A DNA stretch of 64,000 nucleotides from a virus. The DNA is taken from positions 25,229 to 89,228 of the IMG/VR virus record IMGVR_UViG_3300050034_000403. The stretch is one strand, 5' to 3'. Made by a program: the position numbers and the translations under genes. Below are positions 27,561 to 36,663 of this stretch, piece after piece. The stretch's first letter is position 1, and each line of letters opens with the position of its first letter. The notes beneath the pieces were generated by a model. That model searched no databases. It was not told the origin of the DNA and saw only the letters and a list, made by a program, of their open reading frames with translations.

Positions 27561-27998
27561 ATGGGTTATTGCTACAGTCAAAGCGGCCGTTTGTTGTGCG
27601 ACTATTGCGGCGCAGAAGGCGCGAGAAAGTATCGGTGCCCGTTTGAATGGTGCCAACCCGTCGCGGCCTGTCCAGCTTGCCGCAAGAATCACGCGGAACA
27701 CTTCGGGCGCGCGGCTCACCGTGAGAACGGATGCGAAAAAAGGCATCTGCAATTTGCCGCTGAACTGGCGGAGCGCGCGGCGGCAATCGCTGCAGGCGAG
27801 TTTGTTCTTTCCGCTGGCCTGACCGCTGGAAACGATATGGTTCACGCCCTTTTTCACAGCGCCACCGGCGAAAAAGGTAAACTGATTCCACGCGCAATTT
27901 ATGCGCAACGCGAGAGTTTTTCCGGCTGCATGACCATTGGAAAGTTCGAAGAGCTGGCCGGGCATGCTTTGCCCGATGCGCCTGCGAGTTTTCACTAA
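27561..27998 (+). CDS. Cys-rich (zinc-binding) hypothetical protein
   Basis: CDYC, CPFEWC and CPAC motifs. Confidence 0.55.
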   Translation: MGYCYSQSGRLLCDYCGAEGARKYRCPFEWCQPVAACPACRKNHAEHFGRAAHRENGCEKRHLQFAAELAERAAAIAAGEFVLSAGLTAGNDMVHALFHSATGEKGKLIPRAIYAQRESFSGCMTIGKFEELAGHALPDAPASFH

Positions 27999-28605
27999 CG
28001 TGATTGTTTACGTCGATCATGTTGACGGTTTTTTCAACGGTATGGTTTGGTGCAGGCGCAAGGATGGCACGCCGATACTGCTAGAGATTGAGGATTACCA
28101 GAGTCTAGCGTCTCTAGTGGGCAAAGTTATATCTGTCGGAGTGGCGCCCGATGGCTTGAGTACGTTTGACCCTTGCGTGTTGGATACGTTGCCCGAGTGG
28201 GCGCAACGTTGGGCAGCGAGATAACCGGCCCGCCCGTGGGCATAGAGTACGCGGGCAAGGATGGCAGCATGCTGAACACTGAAACCAATACCCCGGCGAT
28301 GGAAGCGCGCATTTTGCGCGCAGTGAATACGCAATTGGTGAACCCGGCCCGCTCCTACGTGGAATTCAGCGCAGTTTTCGAGCATGGCCAGTGGTGGATT
28401 ACGCATCTACCGAGTGGCGCGCAGTGGTCTGTCTGCGATGCGTCCGGCCCGAATGGATTCGACTTCGAGCAGGTAACGCTCGGGAGCGAAGAGTAGGCGC
28501 ATAGTCCAGATTCCGGACTCGCTTATGATAGCGGTCACTTTTTTGATAGGTGCCCAAACTTTTCACCTTTAGCGGCGGCACAGCCGCAAGAATGGAGCTT
28601 TCACC

Positions 28606-28917
28606 ATGGCACAGGAACCGAAACAGATTATCGCAATTCCGGAGTTGGACAGCGCGGCAGGCGCGGCACAGATGGAAATCAGCACCGAAAAGTATGACGA
28701 CGGCCGCCTTGTTTCCGCCGCTCACCTGCATTTTGTGAAAGATGGCTCACTCACGTTTAGAGTGTACGGCGATTTTCGTAAGGTCCTTTTGCGCACCGTT
28801 GCCCGCGCAACGCAGAAGAATCTGAACACGCAACACGCCAGCGTGTTCACGCCTGCAGCCATCGACGCATTGAAAGCGGAAGCGCTCGCCTTCTACGCCG
28901 AAAAGAGGAAAAAGTGA
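28606..28917 (+). CDS. Hypothetical protein
   Basis: 103 aa after an intergenic repeat cassette. Confidence 0.6.
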   Translation: MAQEPKQIIAIPELDSAAGAAQMEISTEKYDDGRLVSAAHLHFVKDGSLTFRVYGDFRKVLLRTVARATQKNLNTQHASVFTPAAIDALKAEALAFYAEKRKK

Positions 28918-29049
28918 AAATTCAAGCTTTGCGCTTTGGCTTGCCTCTTTCCATTGCGCTGTACGCGCTAGGCTATGTCCTAGTCCGGCATTTTCTCCAG
29001 CACTAGCACCCTGCCCGCCCGTGGGCAGATACGCGGGCATAGAGGGAGC

Positions 29050-29319
29050 ATGAAAGCTCATTTTAACTACCCTGTGGAATTCCAGACACACCCCGATTAC
29101 AGGGCACATTCCGGACAAGTCGTGGAAATTGTGCGTGCACTAAGCAGATTAGAAGCAGACTTTCATGACGACCCGCAACTTGAACGCATGTTCAAAATTC
29201 GCGCGGCCGATGGATGGCAGGGCGATGCTTTTGAAAGCGAACTTTCGCGCCCGAAGAATATCACGGTGAAAGAGTTTGCAAAATTCTGCGATGGCCTTGT
29301 CAGAGACGCAGCGAAGTAA
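29050..29319 (+). CDS. Hypothetical protein (SH3-like pattern)
   Basis: GQVVEIV...MFKIRAADGWQGDAFESEL. Confidence 0.55.
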   Translation: MKAHFNYPVEFQTHPDYRAHSGQVVEIVRALSRLEADFHDDPQLERMFKIRAADGWQGDAFESELSRPKNITVKEFAKFCDGLVRDAAK

Positions 29320-29585
29320 CAGCTCCGCCCGTGGGCTAGTACGCGGGCAAGGAACGGCGATGTATAACGACACGGTTTTACTCCTTGCTCTAGGCGTTGT
29401 GGGTTTTTGGTGCTGGCGACTGGACGAGCATCTGCACACGACAAAAGAAAGCATTCTCGAACGCTTGGACGAGCTGGAAAAGCAACTCAAGGAAAGCCGG
29501 AAAGCGTAATCTAACAGAGTCCAGATTCCAGACTTTGATAGGCAACAGATTTTTAACGGCGGCACAGCCGCAAGGAGAAAAGAGT

Positions 29586-30038
29586 ATGTCTGCATTTATG
29601 GTCAGCAAAGAACACATTGACGCAATTATTGCCGTAGTGGCACAGGGTCCGGCACAGTCGGAACAAGACCGGCAGCAGTGGGAAGATTCCATGAAATACG
29701 GTATTCTCCCGGACTCTTCAGATCCGCTTGGCGAGTTGGGAAATACGCTCATCCGCGAGAATCTGGCCAGCATCAATGCGCGCTATCCCGATACGGTTAA
29801 CCACCCCGAGCGCGTACCCGGCCCGTGTGAGCCTTATTGGCTGGTCCCGTACGTCTTCCACAGCCCGAAGCGCATCCCTACCGTTGTTGAGGCATTCAAG
29901 CTGATTCATTCCTATCAGTATCAGAGCTGCGAACATAACGGTTGGGAAACCTCGCAGGCAAAGCGCACTTGTGAAAAGTTGATTAACCTCTTGATTATGG
30001 CGCTGCCCGGCTACAAAAGCGCCAAGTGGGAAATCTAG
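29586..30038 (+). CDS. Conserved-looking phage/plasmid early protein
   Basis: MSAFMVSKEHIDAII...ENLASINARYP...LIHSYQYQSCEH.GWETS.A. Confidence 0.65.
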   Translation: MSAFMVSKEHIDAIIAVVAQGPAQSEQDRQQWEDSMKYGILPDSSDPLGELGNTLIRENLASINARYPDTVNHPERVPGPCEPYWLVPYVFHSPKRIPTVVEAFKLIHSYQYQSCEHNGWETSQAKRTCEKLINLLIMALPGYKSAKWEI

Positions 30039-30106
30039 GCATATTTGATAGGCGACCAATTCACGCGTAACAGTCGGGTTTTTCCCCGGCAGAATCGAGG
30101 AGCACC

Positions 30107-30505
30107 ATGGAATTTCAATTAAAAATCGAATTAGGCAATGACGCCATGCAGACGGCTGACGACATTCGCGCAGCCGTAAAGGACGTGGCCAAGTATCTCA
30201 AGGATTGGCGCCCCGGCGAGCTGCCCGAAGCTGGGGACAATGCGCCTATCCGCGACGTAAACGGGAACACTGTGGGCGGGTGGGAGATAGTCAAGCACGC
30301 GCCCGCGTCTAATCCGCTCGAAGATCCAAGCAACCTGGCCACCGTTCTAGCTGCCTTGCGCCTGTTCCAACGCACCTATGACGGCTACGCCGCAAAGCAC
30401 ATCTATGATGCGTTCCCGGATCACTTCACGGCCGCCGACGGCAGCACTATCGAGCCGCTTAGCACCGATGACATTGACGCGCTTTGTGTGGATCTGAACG
30501 CGTAA
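30107..30505 (+). CDS. Hypothetical protein
   Basis: F.L.I.LGNDA...IRDVNGNTVG.W motif; GAGGAG RBS. Confidence 0.65.
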   Translation: MEFQLKIELGNDAMQTADDIRAAVKDVAKYLKDWRPGELPEAGDNAPIRDVNGNTVGGWEIVKHAPASNPLEDPSNLATVLAALRLFQRTYDGYAAKHIYDAFPDHFTAADGSTIEPLSTDDIDALCVDLNA

Positions 30506-30574
30506 ACTTGCCCTTTTGATAGGCGACCAACTTTTTCCAACTATCCGGAATTTCCGGAGGCATGAGGTAACACA

Positions 30575-30739
30575 ATGAAAACGAAAACCTATGTTTTTTC
30601 TGTGACTCTGAAAGGCAAAGGCGACAACCCGGACGACGCCTGGAAGGATGCAGTCGACGCATTTTCACTCGACGCCGGCATTACGCCCGACGCCTACGAA
30701 GAAGAGGACGAAGACAGCGACGACGACGAAGACAGCTAG
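30575..30739 (+). CDS. Small protein with a highly acidic tail (54 aa), not in the ORF track
   Basis: Manual translation MKTKTYVFSVTLKGKGDNPDDAWKDAVDAFSLDAGITPDAYEEEDEDSDDDEDS; GAGG RBS. Confidence 0.65.
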   Translation: MKTKTYVFSVTLKGKGDNPDDAWKDAVDAFSLDAGITPDAYEEEDEDSDDDEDS

Positions 30740-30810
30740 CGCACCCCATTTGATAGGGGACACTTTTTTCATGACAATCACGATTTTTTAGCAGGGGCTC
30801 AGCCCCAAGA

Positions 30811-31821
30811 ATGGAAGAAAACACCATGGCAACCATGACCATGCCCGCCGTCCGCACCGCCACCACCCCCACCAGCAAACTCGTTATCCGTTTCCGCACC
30901 TGGGCCGATGCCCTGCAGCCGAAGATCGAGCACGCAGGCCGACCGATGACGCAGAACCCGACGCCGAAGCGTCAACGGGAATATCAGGGCCGGATGCACG
31001 ATTGCCGCAACCTGGAGCGCACACAGCGGGCACTGCGCGCCCTGGCCGATGCGCTCGAAGCCGGAACGGTTCCGCCCGAGCTGGCCGCGCTTACCAAGAA
31101 AGCTGAAATTGAACACATGGTGCATAAGGGAATCGATTGCGGCAGGGGCGGCTATTATTCCGTGATGGAATCGGACGACTACGCCGAGACTTCGCCAGCG
31201 GCGCGGCTCCTGCAAGGCATGATCGAGGGCAATTCCGCCGAGCGCACCGAACGCGAACGGCTGCGCAAGATTGACGCGCTCGCGGCCGAAATCAAGCTCA
31301 GTAGCTACCCTGGCTATTTCCCCACGCAGAAACCCGTGATTGAAATCATGCTGCGCCGTGCGCACATTCAGCCCGGCATGAGGGTATTAGAGCCGGAAGC
31401 CGGTAGCGGAGACATTGCCGATGGCGTGAGCGCGGCGGTCCCTGGCGTCATTTTGGAAGTGATCGAGCCGGTTTTCAAGCTCCGCGAGCTGCTGGAGCTG
31501 AAGGGCTACAAGCTGGTAGGCGAGGACCTGATGCAGCTTTCACGCTCCGAGCTGGGCCAGTATGACCGCATTGTTATGAACCCGCCTTTTGAGCGGCAGC
31601 AAGACCTCGACCACATCCGCCGCGCCTACAATCTGCTCGCCCCGCGCGGTATCCTGGTCTCTGTCTTGAGTCCAAGTTTTGAATTCCGCTCAGACCGCAA
31701 GAGCACCGATTTTCGCGCGTGGCTGGATGAGGTAAGCGCCACGTGGGAAAACCTGCCCGAAGGATCTTTCAAGGCCAGCGGTACAGGCGTCAGCACGCGG
31801 CTTTTAGTCGTTGAGCGATAG
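30811..31821 (+). CDS. SAM-dependent (N6-adenine-type) methyltransferase with an N-terminal helical domain
   Basis: YFPT, VLEPEAGSG.IA (motif I), YDRIVMNPPF (motif IV). Confidence 0.85.
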   Translation: MEENTMATMTMPAVRTATTPTSKLVIRFRTWADALQPKIEHAGRPMTQNPTPKRQREYQGRMHDCRNLERTQRALRALADALEAGTVPPELAALTKKAEIEHMVHKGIDCGRGGYYSVMESDDYAETSPAARLLQGMIEGNSAERTERERLRKIDALAAEIKLSSYPGYFPTQKPVIEIMLRRAHIQPGMRVLEPEAGSGDIADGVSAAVPGVILEVIEPVFKLRELLELKGYKLVGEDLMQLSRSELGQYDRIVMNPPFERQQDLDHIRRAYNLLAPRGILVSVLSPSFEFRSDRKSTDFRAWLDEVSATWENLPEGSFKASGTGVSTRLLVVER

Positions 31822-32197
31822 GAGACTCATGGGCTACGCGCAGGCGATGAAATGGCAACGCACCCACCGCAAGGGAACTCGGCAGCCGGTTCTGATGTCC
31901 ACCGGCTCCGGGTTCTGGCCCGCTCATTCCTGGCTGGAAAGAATCTTCTGGCCATACCTCAAACGGTGCGAGGCGGCTGGTATCGAGCCGATGGAATGCC
32001 AAGCCTATTACAATGCAACGCTCAGCGGCGGCGCAGGCGACCCGCGCCTCTCTGAACAGGATTAACACCCCATTTTGATAGGGGACACTTTTTTCACGCA
32101 TAGACGCGTTTTTAACTAGGACCCAGCCCTAGCCCAAACGTATAACCAAATTTATGCTCAAATGGGTGCTATAGTTGGTTCACGGAGGAAACAAGGC

Positions 32198-32395
32198 ATG
32201 AGAGCAACCGTATCCCTTGACGACAATCTGTTACGAACAGCAGAAGAGTACAGCGGCTTGACAGAAAGGGCAGCATTGATTCGCGCCGCATTAAAGTCAC
32301 TGATTGCGAGAGAAGCCGGTCGTAGACTTTTGGCTTTGGCCGGAACCGCCCCGGACATTGAGGACGTGCGGAGATTGCGAGTAGCTGAACAGTGA
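32198..32395 (+). CDS. vapB: VapB antitoxin
   Basis: MRATVSLDDNLL..AEEYSGLTER.ALIR.AL..LI.REAGRRL..L.GT.P. Confidence 0.85.
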   Translation: MRATVSLDDNLLRTAEEYSGLTERAALIRAALKSLIAREAGRRLLALAGTAPDIEDVRRLRVAEQ

Positions 32396-32763
32396 TTCTC
32401 GCAGACACTTCAATCTGGATAGCCATGTTTCGAACTGGCGCTTACAGTGCAGAGCTGCACACATTGATTGCCAATGATCAACTCTGCACGCACCCTTTTT
32501 TGATTGCGGAGCTAGCACTCGGCACATTGCCAGAACGCAAAAAGACACTGGCGTATCTTGACCAGCTAATTTCTATTCCTCCCGTGCAATTGGAGGACAT
32601 TCGGTACATGATCGAGGCACGGGGATTTGCTTCAAAGGGAATCGGCTTAACGGATGCGCATTTAATTGCATCTTGTTTGGCAATTCCGGGAACTCTGCTT
32701 TGGACTCTTGATCGCAAACTGGGCAATGTCGCTGAATCTCTGAACATTCGCGCTACTCTCTAA
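32392..32763 (+). CDS. vapC: VapC PIN-domain toxin
   Basis: MILADTSIWI...HPFLIAELALG...GIGLTDAHLIAS...LWTLDRKL. Confidence 0.9.
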   Translation: MILADTSIWIAMFRTGAYSAELHTLIANDQLCTHPFLIAELALGTLPERKKTLAYLDQLISIPPVQLEDIRYMIEARGFASKGIGLTDAHLIASCLAIPGTLLWTLDRKLGNVAESLNIRATL

Positions 32764-32783
32764 CACCCCAAGGAGCCAACACC

Positions 32784-33335
32784 ATGAGCAAGCCTGAAGT
32801 ATCCCGACGCAACGAAGACGGAGACCGCATCGCCGTCATTCACTCATACGCGCCTGGAGACGGTAACCTGTCTTTTGTGGCCGCCGATGTCGAGCATCCT
32901 CACAGCGCCGTTTCTCCCAGTCCAACCCGCGAAGAGTGCGAGGCCGCGTGTCCCGATGGCTGGGAACTCTATCAGGAAGGGCCGTCCTGGCGCGCTCGCA
33001 GGTTCGCGACTGCCTCGCCAATTACCGCACCGATTCTGCTCCCGCTTCCGGCGCTGAAGGAAAAAGACTTTTCCATTGAAGCCGACGCACAAGGCTACCG
33101 GATCATTTACAAGGGTCACAACATCGGCGGAGCCGGTACTCTCGGCAAATTCAAAGGAGCGGGAAGACCACGCGCCGGTTTTCCAAACCGCGCAGTCGAA
33201 CAGACGGCGGATTACCACCAACAGGCGCAATCTGAAATAAAGAGTCTCCTTGCCGGTCATGGACAGGCACGCTTTCAAACCATCATCGACGAAATCGACG
33301 CTGAACCAGTCCCGGACTTCAAGCAACCCTCATAG
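32784..33335 (+). CDS. Hypothetical protein
   Basis: 183 aa, AAGGAG RBS. Confidence 0.6.
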   Translation: MSKPEVSRRNEDGDRIAVIHSYAPGDGNLSFVAADVEHPHSAVSPSPTREECEAACPDGWELYQEGPSWRARRFATASPITAPILLPLPALKEKDFSIEADAQGYRIIYKGHNIGGAGTLGKFKGAGRPRAGFPNRAVEQTADYHQQAQSEIKSLLAGHGQARFQTIIDEIDAEPVPDFKQPS

Positions 33336-33414
33336 CACGTTTTGATAGGGGACACTTTTTCAACGACAGAAACGCATTTTAACGGGGGCTCAGCCCCAGA
33401 AAGGCTTTTGCCTT

Positions 33415-33996
33415 ATGCCTCTTTTGGCTACCGTTCCTACTCCTCCCACGCCGATCAGCGCACCGGAACCAGAACGCCACAGAGGCCGACCAGCCCTCAC
33501 AGATGAAGAGCGCGAAGAGCGGCGACTTGCACGGAACAAAGCACGGCGCGAACAGCGCCAAGCCGCGCACGTTGCCGTAGAACCCCCGCCGCCTGCCGTG
33601 GAAGTCGAAGAACCCCAGCCCACTCCACCACCAGCGCCACCACACGTTTACTTTGCGCTGGGCCAACGTGCCCGCGCTTTGCTGGGCTTTGGTCTAGGGG
33701 CATTCGTGCCCCTGGCCAGCTACATGGAAATTCACTTTGAAGTGGGTCACCACCCGCAGCTCTGGTTTCTCGTGGCCGGGGCGCTTGCTTACTCCGCGAT
33801 CAGCGTCTACACCTGGGCCGTCGAGGCCTTTCATTACCAGCTCAAGGCACTCGGCTTTGTCGTGCTGCTTGAAGGCACCATGACGTTCTGCAGCATCCTC
33901 TGGCTGAGTTTGGCCGGGCTGGCAATTCTCATGATCCTGAACGCCATCACCGCCGCTGTTACGTTGCAGGCGCGCAGTCCGGATTCCGGACTCTAG
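33415..33996 (+). CDS. Membrane protein with an N-terminal GRP (AT-hook-like) basic region
   Basis: HRGRP...RRLARNKARR followed by about four hydrophobic helices. Confidence 0.6.
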   Translation: MPLLATVPTPPTPISAPEPERHRGRPALTDEEREERRLARNKARREQRQAAHVAVEPPPPAVEVEEPQPTPPPAPPHVYFALGQRARALLGFGLGAFVPLASYMEIHFEVGHHPQLWFLVAGALAYSAISVYTWAVEAFHYQLKALGFVVLLEGTMTFCSILWLSLAGLAILMILNAITAAVTLQARSPDSGL

Positions 33997-34127
33997 CAAA
34001 TCGCTCGGCGGTGCGAATACAAGTTGACGCATTGATACGACAGGCGCAAAGTATTGGATAGGCCCTATTTGATAGGGGACCAAGTTTTTTTGAATACTCC
34101 GGCAATTCAAAGAACCGAGGCGAAAGA

Positions 34128-34343
34128 ATGTATTTGTTTCCTGACATGCTCAATTTGACTGAAGTCAAGTGGCCCACAGATGCACATCGCGATGTGGCCG
34201 AAAAGGCACTGCTTGGCAATCGCAACTACAGCCGTCTTTCTGATCTGACAGAGGCGACAAGGATTATCTCCCATATTCCTGCCGACAAGATCAAAACGGT
34301 AACCGCCGTGGACCTTATGCGTCTTGGCATCATGATCGATTAA
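34128..34343 (+). CDS. Hypothetical protein
   Basis: 71 aa, GAGG RBS. Confidence 0.55.
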   Translation: MYLFPDMLNLTEVKWPTDAHRDVAEKALLGNRNYSRLSDLTEATRIISHIPADKIKTVTAVDLMRLGIMID

Positions 34344-34358
34344 CGAAAGCGAGACTCA

Positions 34359-34964
34359 ATGAGCGTTGAAAAAGTCGAAAAGATTTTCAGCAAATGCGTT
34401 TGCGAACGGCCGGATTGCCCTGGCAAGGGCAAACCCTGGTACTTCAAGGGGGGAGAGCTTCCCGACCGTTGCCACTGGTGCAAGCGCATCAAGTGGTGGG
34501 GCATCGATCTTTCTCTTGAAGAGCGTAACAAGGTGCGGCAACAGTACATCCAAGACGTTGTAAAAATCGTCAACAAATGCGTATGCGAGCACGACGATTG
34601 CCCGGGGCAGGGCAAGCCCTGGTACTCGAAGAATGAGGCGATTCCCGCTCGTTGCCACTGGTGCAATCGTACAAGCTGGAACGGCGTCGACCGCCGACTG
34701 CTCAGCCAGAAATCCATCTGGGTGCGTGTCCAACAGTGCACCGTATGCGGCGGCACGGAATGGGCCACGGATGAGGCAGGCGAATCGGTCTGCGTACACT
34801 GCACGAAATCGGCTTCGCCGCGGCTCAAGCCAAAAGAGCGAAAGATTGTGCCTGCCGCTCATGCACCTGGCTGCACCTGCGCACTGTGCCGCAAGAAGCG
34901 CGCCAAGAAACCCGCTGCAGCCATTGCGCTGCCCAAACCCAAGAGAGTGAGGAACCCGGAATGA
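34359..34964 (+). CDS. Multi-zinc-finger protein with a tandem duplicated domain
   Basis: Two copies of KCVCE..DCPG.GKPWY.K....P.RCHWC.R..W.G, plus CxxC pairs. Confidence 0.7.
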   Translation: MSVEKVEKIFSKCVCERPDCPGKGKPWYFKGGELPDRCHWCKRIKWWGIDLSLEERNKVRQQYIQDVVKIVNKCVCEHDDCPGQGKPWYSKNEAIPARCHWCNRTSWNGVDRRLLSQKSIWVRVQQCTVCGGTEWATDEAGESVCVHCTKSASPRLKPKERKIVPAAHAPGCTCALCRKKRAKKPAAAIALPKPKRVRNPE

Positions 34965-35204
34965 ACATGCAGATCATCTTGCGGCAACTCGACAGCGACG
35001 ACTTTGGAAAGATGCTGAAAGTCTGCAAAAGCTCACGCGAACGGTTTTACCTGGAAGCCGCGCGCATTAATCCAAACTTTGAATACCACATCGATCTGCC
35101 CGGCCCCGATGGCCCTACCAAACCCGTCGACATGCAAACGTGGCTTGCCGACAAAGAAAGGTTCCCCGACGACTGAGCAAAATGATGGCACAATGGGAGG
35201 TCAA

Positions 35205-35912
35205 ATGACGGAAAAAGTACACTTTCGCAAGGATCTGACAGGCAAAGTCTTTGGTCGGCTTACTGTAACGGGATACTCGCATCAAGCCGGAAAGTCATCG
35301 GTTTGGAACTGCCTTTGCGTCTGCGGAAATACGACTCAAGTTCGCCAAAGCAATCTTACGAGGGGCGGCGTTGTTTCCTGTGGTTGCCGCAGAAAAGAAA
35401 TTCAAAATCACATCAAGTTCTATTCTCCAGAATCTGCTCTTACGCATGGCTGCGCTCGCACACGGTTAGGAAAAAGGACTGCTGTCTATACGATATGGTG
35501 TGGGATGAAACGGCGTTGTTCTTCACCAAAATGCAAATGCTTTTCGTACTACGGCGGACGTGGAATCAAAGTCTGCAAACGATGGGAAAAGTTTGAAAAC
35601 TTCCTGGCGGATATGGGTAAGCCAAAACCGGGAATGACACTTGACCGCTTTCCGGATAAAGACGGCGATTATGAACCGACAAATTGCCGATGGGCTACAT
35701 GGAAAGAGCAGGCAAACAATCAACGCCCCCGTTCATTTTTCATTGACAAGCCTGAACATGCTGACATTTTGCAGAAAATCTTATCGCTGCACTCTTTGGG
35801 CAAAACTACCAGAGATATTGCAGACGTGCTGAATTCTATGAAAATTATGTCACCCCGTGGAAAATGCTGGTGGGGATCAGGCATTGATCGTATCTTGCGC
35901 AATCATCGATAG
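35205..35912 (+). CDS. HNH-type homing endonuclease fused to a recombinase-type DNA-binding domain
   Basis: DLTGKVFGRLTV, WNCLCVCG, YYGGRGIKVCKRW..FENFLADMG, TLDR...NCRWATWKEQANN; C-terminal G.T.R.IAD.LN...I....G..W.....RIL. Confidence 0.8.
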   Translation: MTEKVHFRKDLTGKVFGRLTVTGYSHQAGKSSVWNCLCVCGNTTQVRQSNLTRGGVVSCGCRRKEIQNHIKFYSPESALTHGCARTRLGKRTAVYTIWCGMKRRCSSPKCKCFSYYGGRGIKVCKRWEKFENFLADMGKPKPGMTLDRFPDKDGDYEPTNCRWATWKEQANNQRPRSFFIDKPEHADILQKILSLHSLGKTTRDIADVLNSMKIMSPRGKCWWGSGIDRILRNHR

Positions 35913-35919
35913 GAGAAAA

Positions 35920-36600
35920 ATGGAAGCTGTTTCATATATGCGGTGTTCTGGCGAAAGCCAAGTTCTCGGCGATACGTGGGAACGTCAGCGCGCAGTTATC
36001 GTTAAATATGCCGCCGCCAATGAAATTGCAATTGTCGATGAATTCCGGGATGAAGGCGTAACAGGCAAGATGGAGTTGGAAGGACGTGCCGGTCTTTCAG
36101 CCTGCATACAATTCATCCGTGAAAAGGGAATCAAGCTTGTTTTGGTTGAGTCCAGCGACAGATTGGCCCGCGACATGATCGTGGCAGAAGTTGTTGTACG
36201 CGAGTTTCAAAAGATTGGAGTTCGCGTCATTTCTGCGTCTGGCGGTATCGATCTAACCGAGGGAGACGATTCCAACCCCACGGCTAAACTAATTCGTCAG
36301 ATTCTAGCGGCCGTCGCCGAGTTTGATCGCTGCGTAATCGTACTTAAGCTACGCGGTGCGCGCCAGCGCAAAAAGGCTAGGGGAGAACGAGGAGATGGCC
36401 GGCACGCCTTTGGAGAAAAGCCTGGAGAAGCCGTGGTTCTCGCACAGATTCGTGCGTTAAAGGCCCAAGGAGAGACGATCAGGACCATTGCCGACACCTT
36501 GAACGCCGCCGCCATTCCAACGCGCATGGGGGGCACCTGGAAGGCCGGGACGGTGGCAAAGATCCTTGCTCGTGAGAAATTTCACAGCGCTTGCGCGTGA
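35920..36600 (+). CDS. Serine recombinase (resolvase catalytic domain plus short recombinase DNA-binding domain)
   Basis: YMRCS catalytic motif, DEGVTG, SDRLARD, AEFDR. Confidence 0.9.
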   Translation: MEAVSYMRCSGESQVLGDTWERQRAVIVKYAAANEIAIVDEFRDEGVTGKMELEGRAGLSACIQFIREKGIKLVLVESSDRLARDMIVAEVVVREFQKIGVRVISASGGIDLTEGDDSNPTAKLIRQILAAVAEFDRCVIVLKLRGARQRKKARGERGDGRHAFGEKPGEAVVLAQIRALKAQGETIRTIADTLNAAAIPTRMGGTWKAGTVAKILAREKFHSACA

Positions 36601-36663
36601 ATTACGCGTTTTCATCGGAATTAGGGTATTTGAAAGCAAAAAGGTAGTTGAGCTATATCAAGA

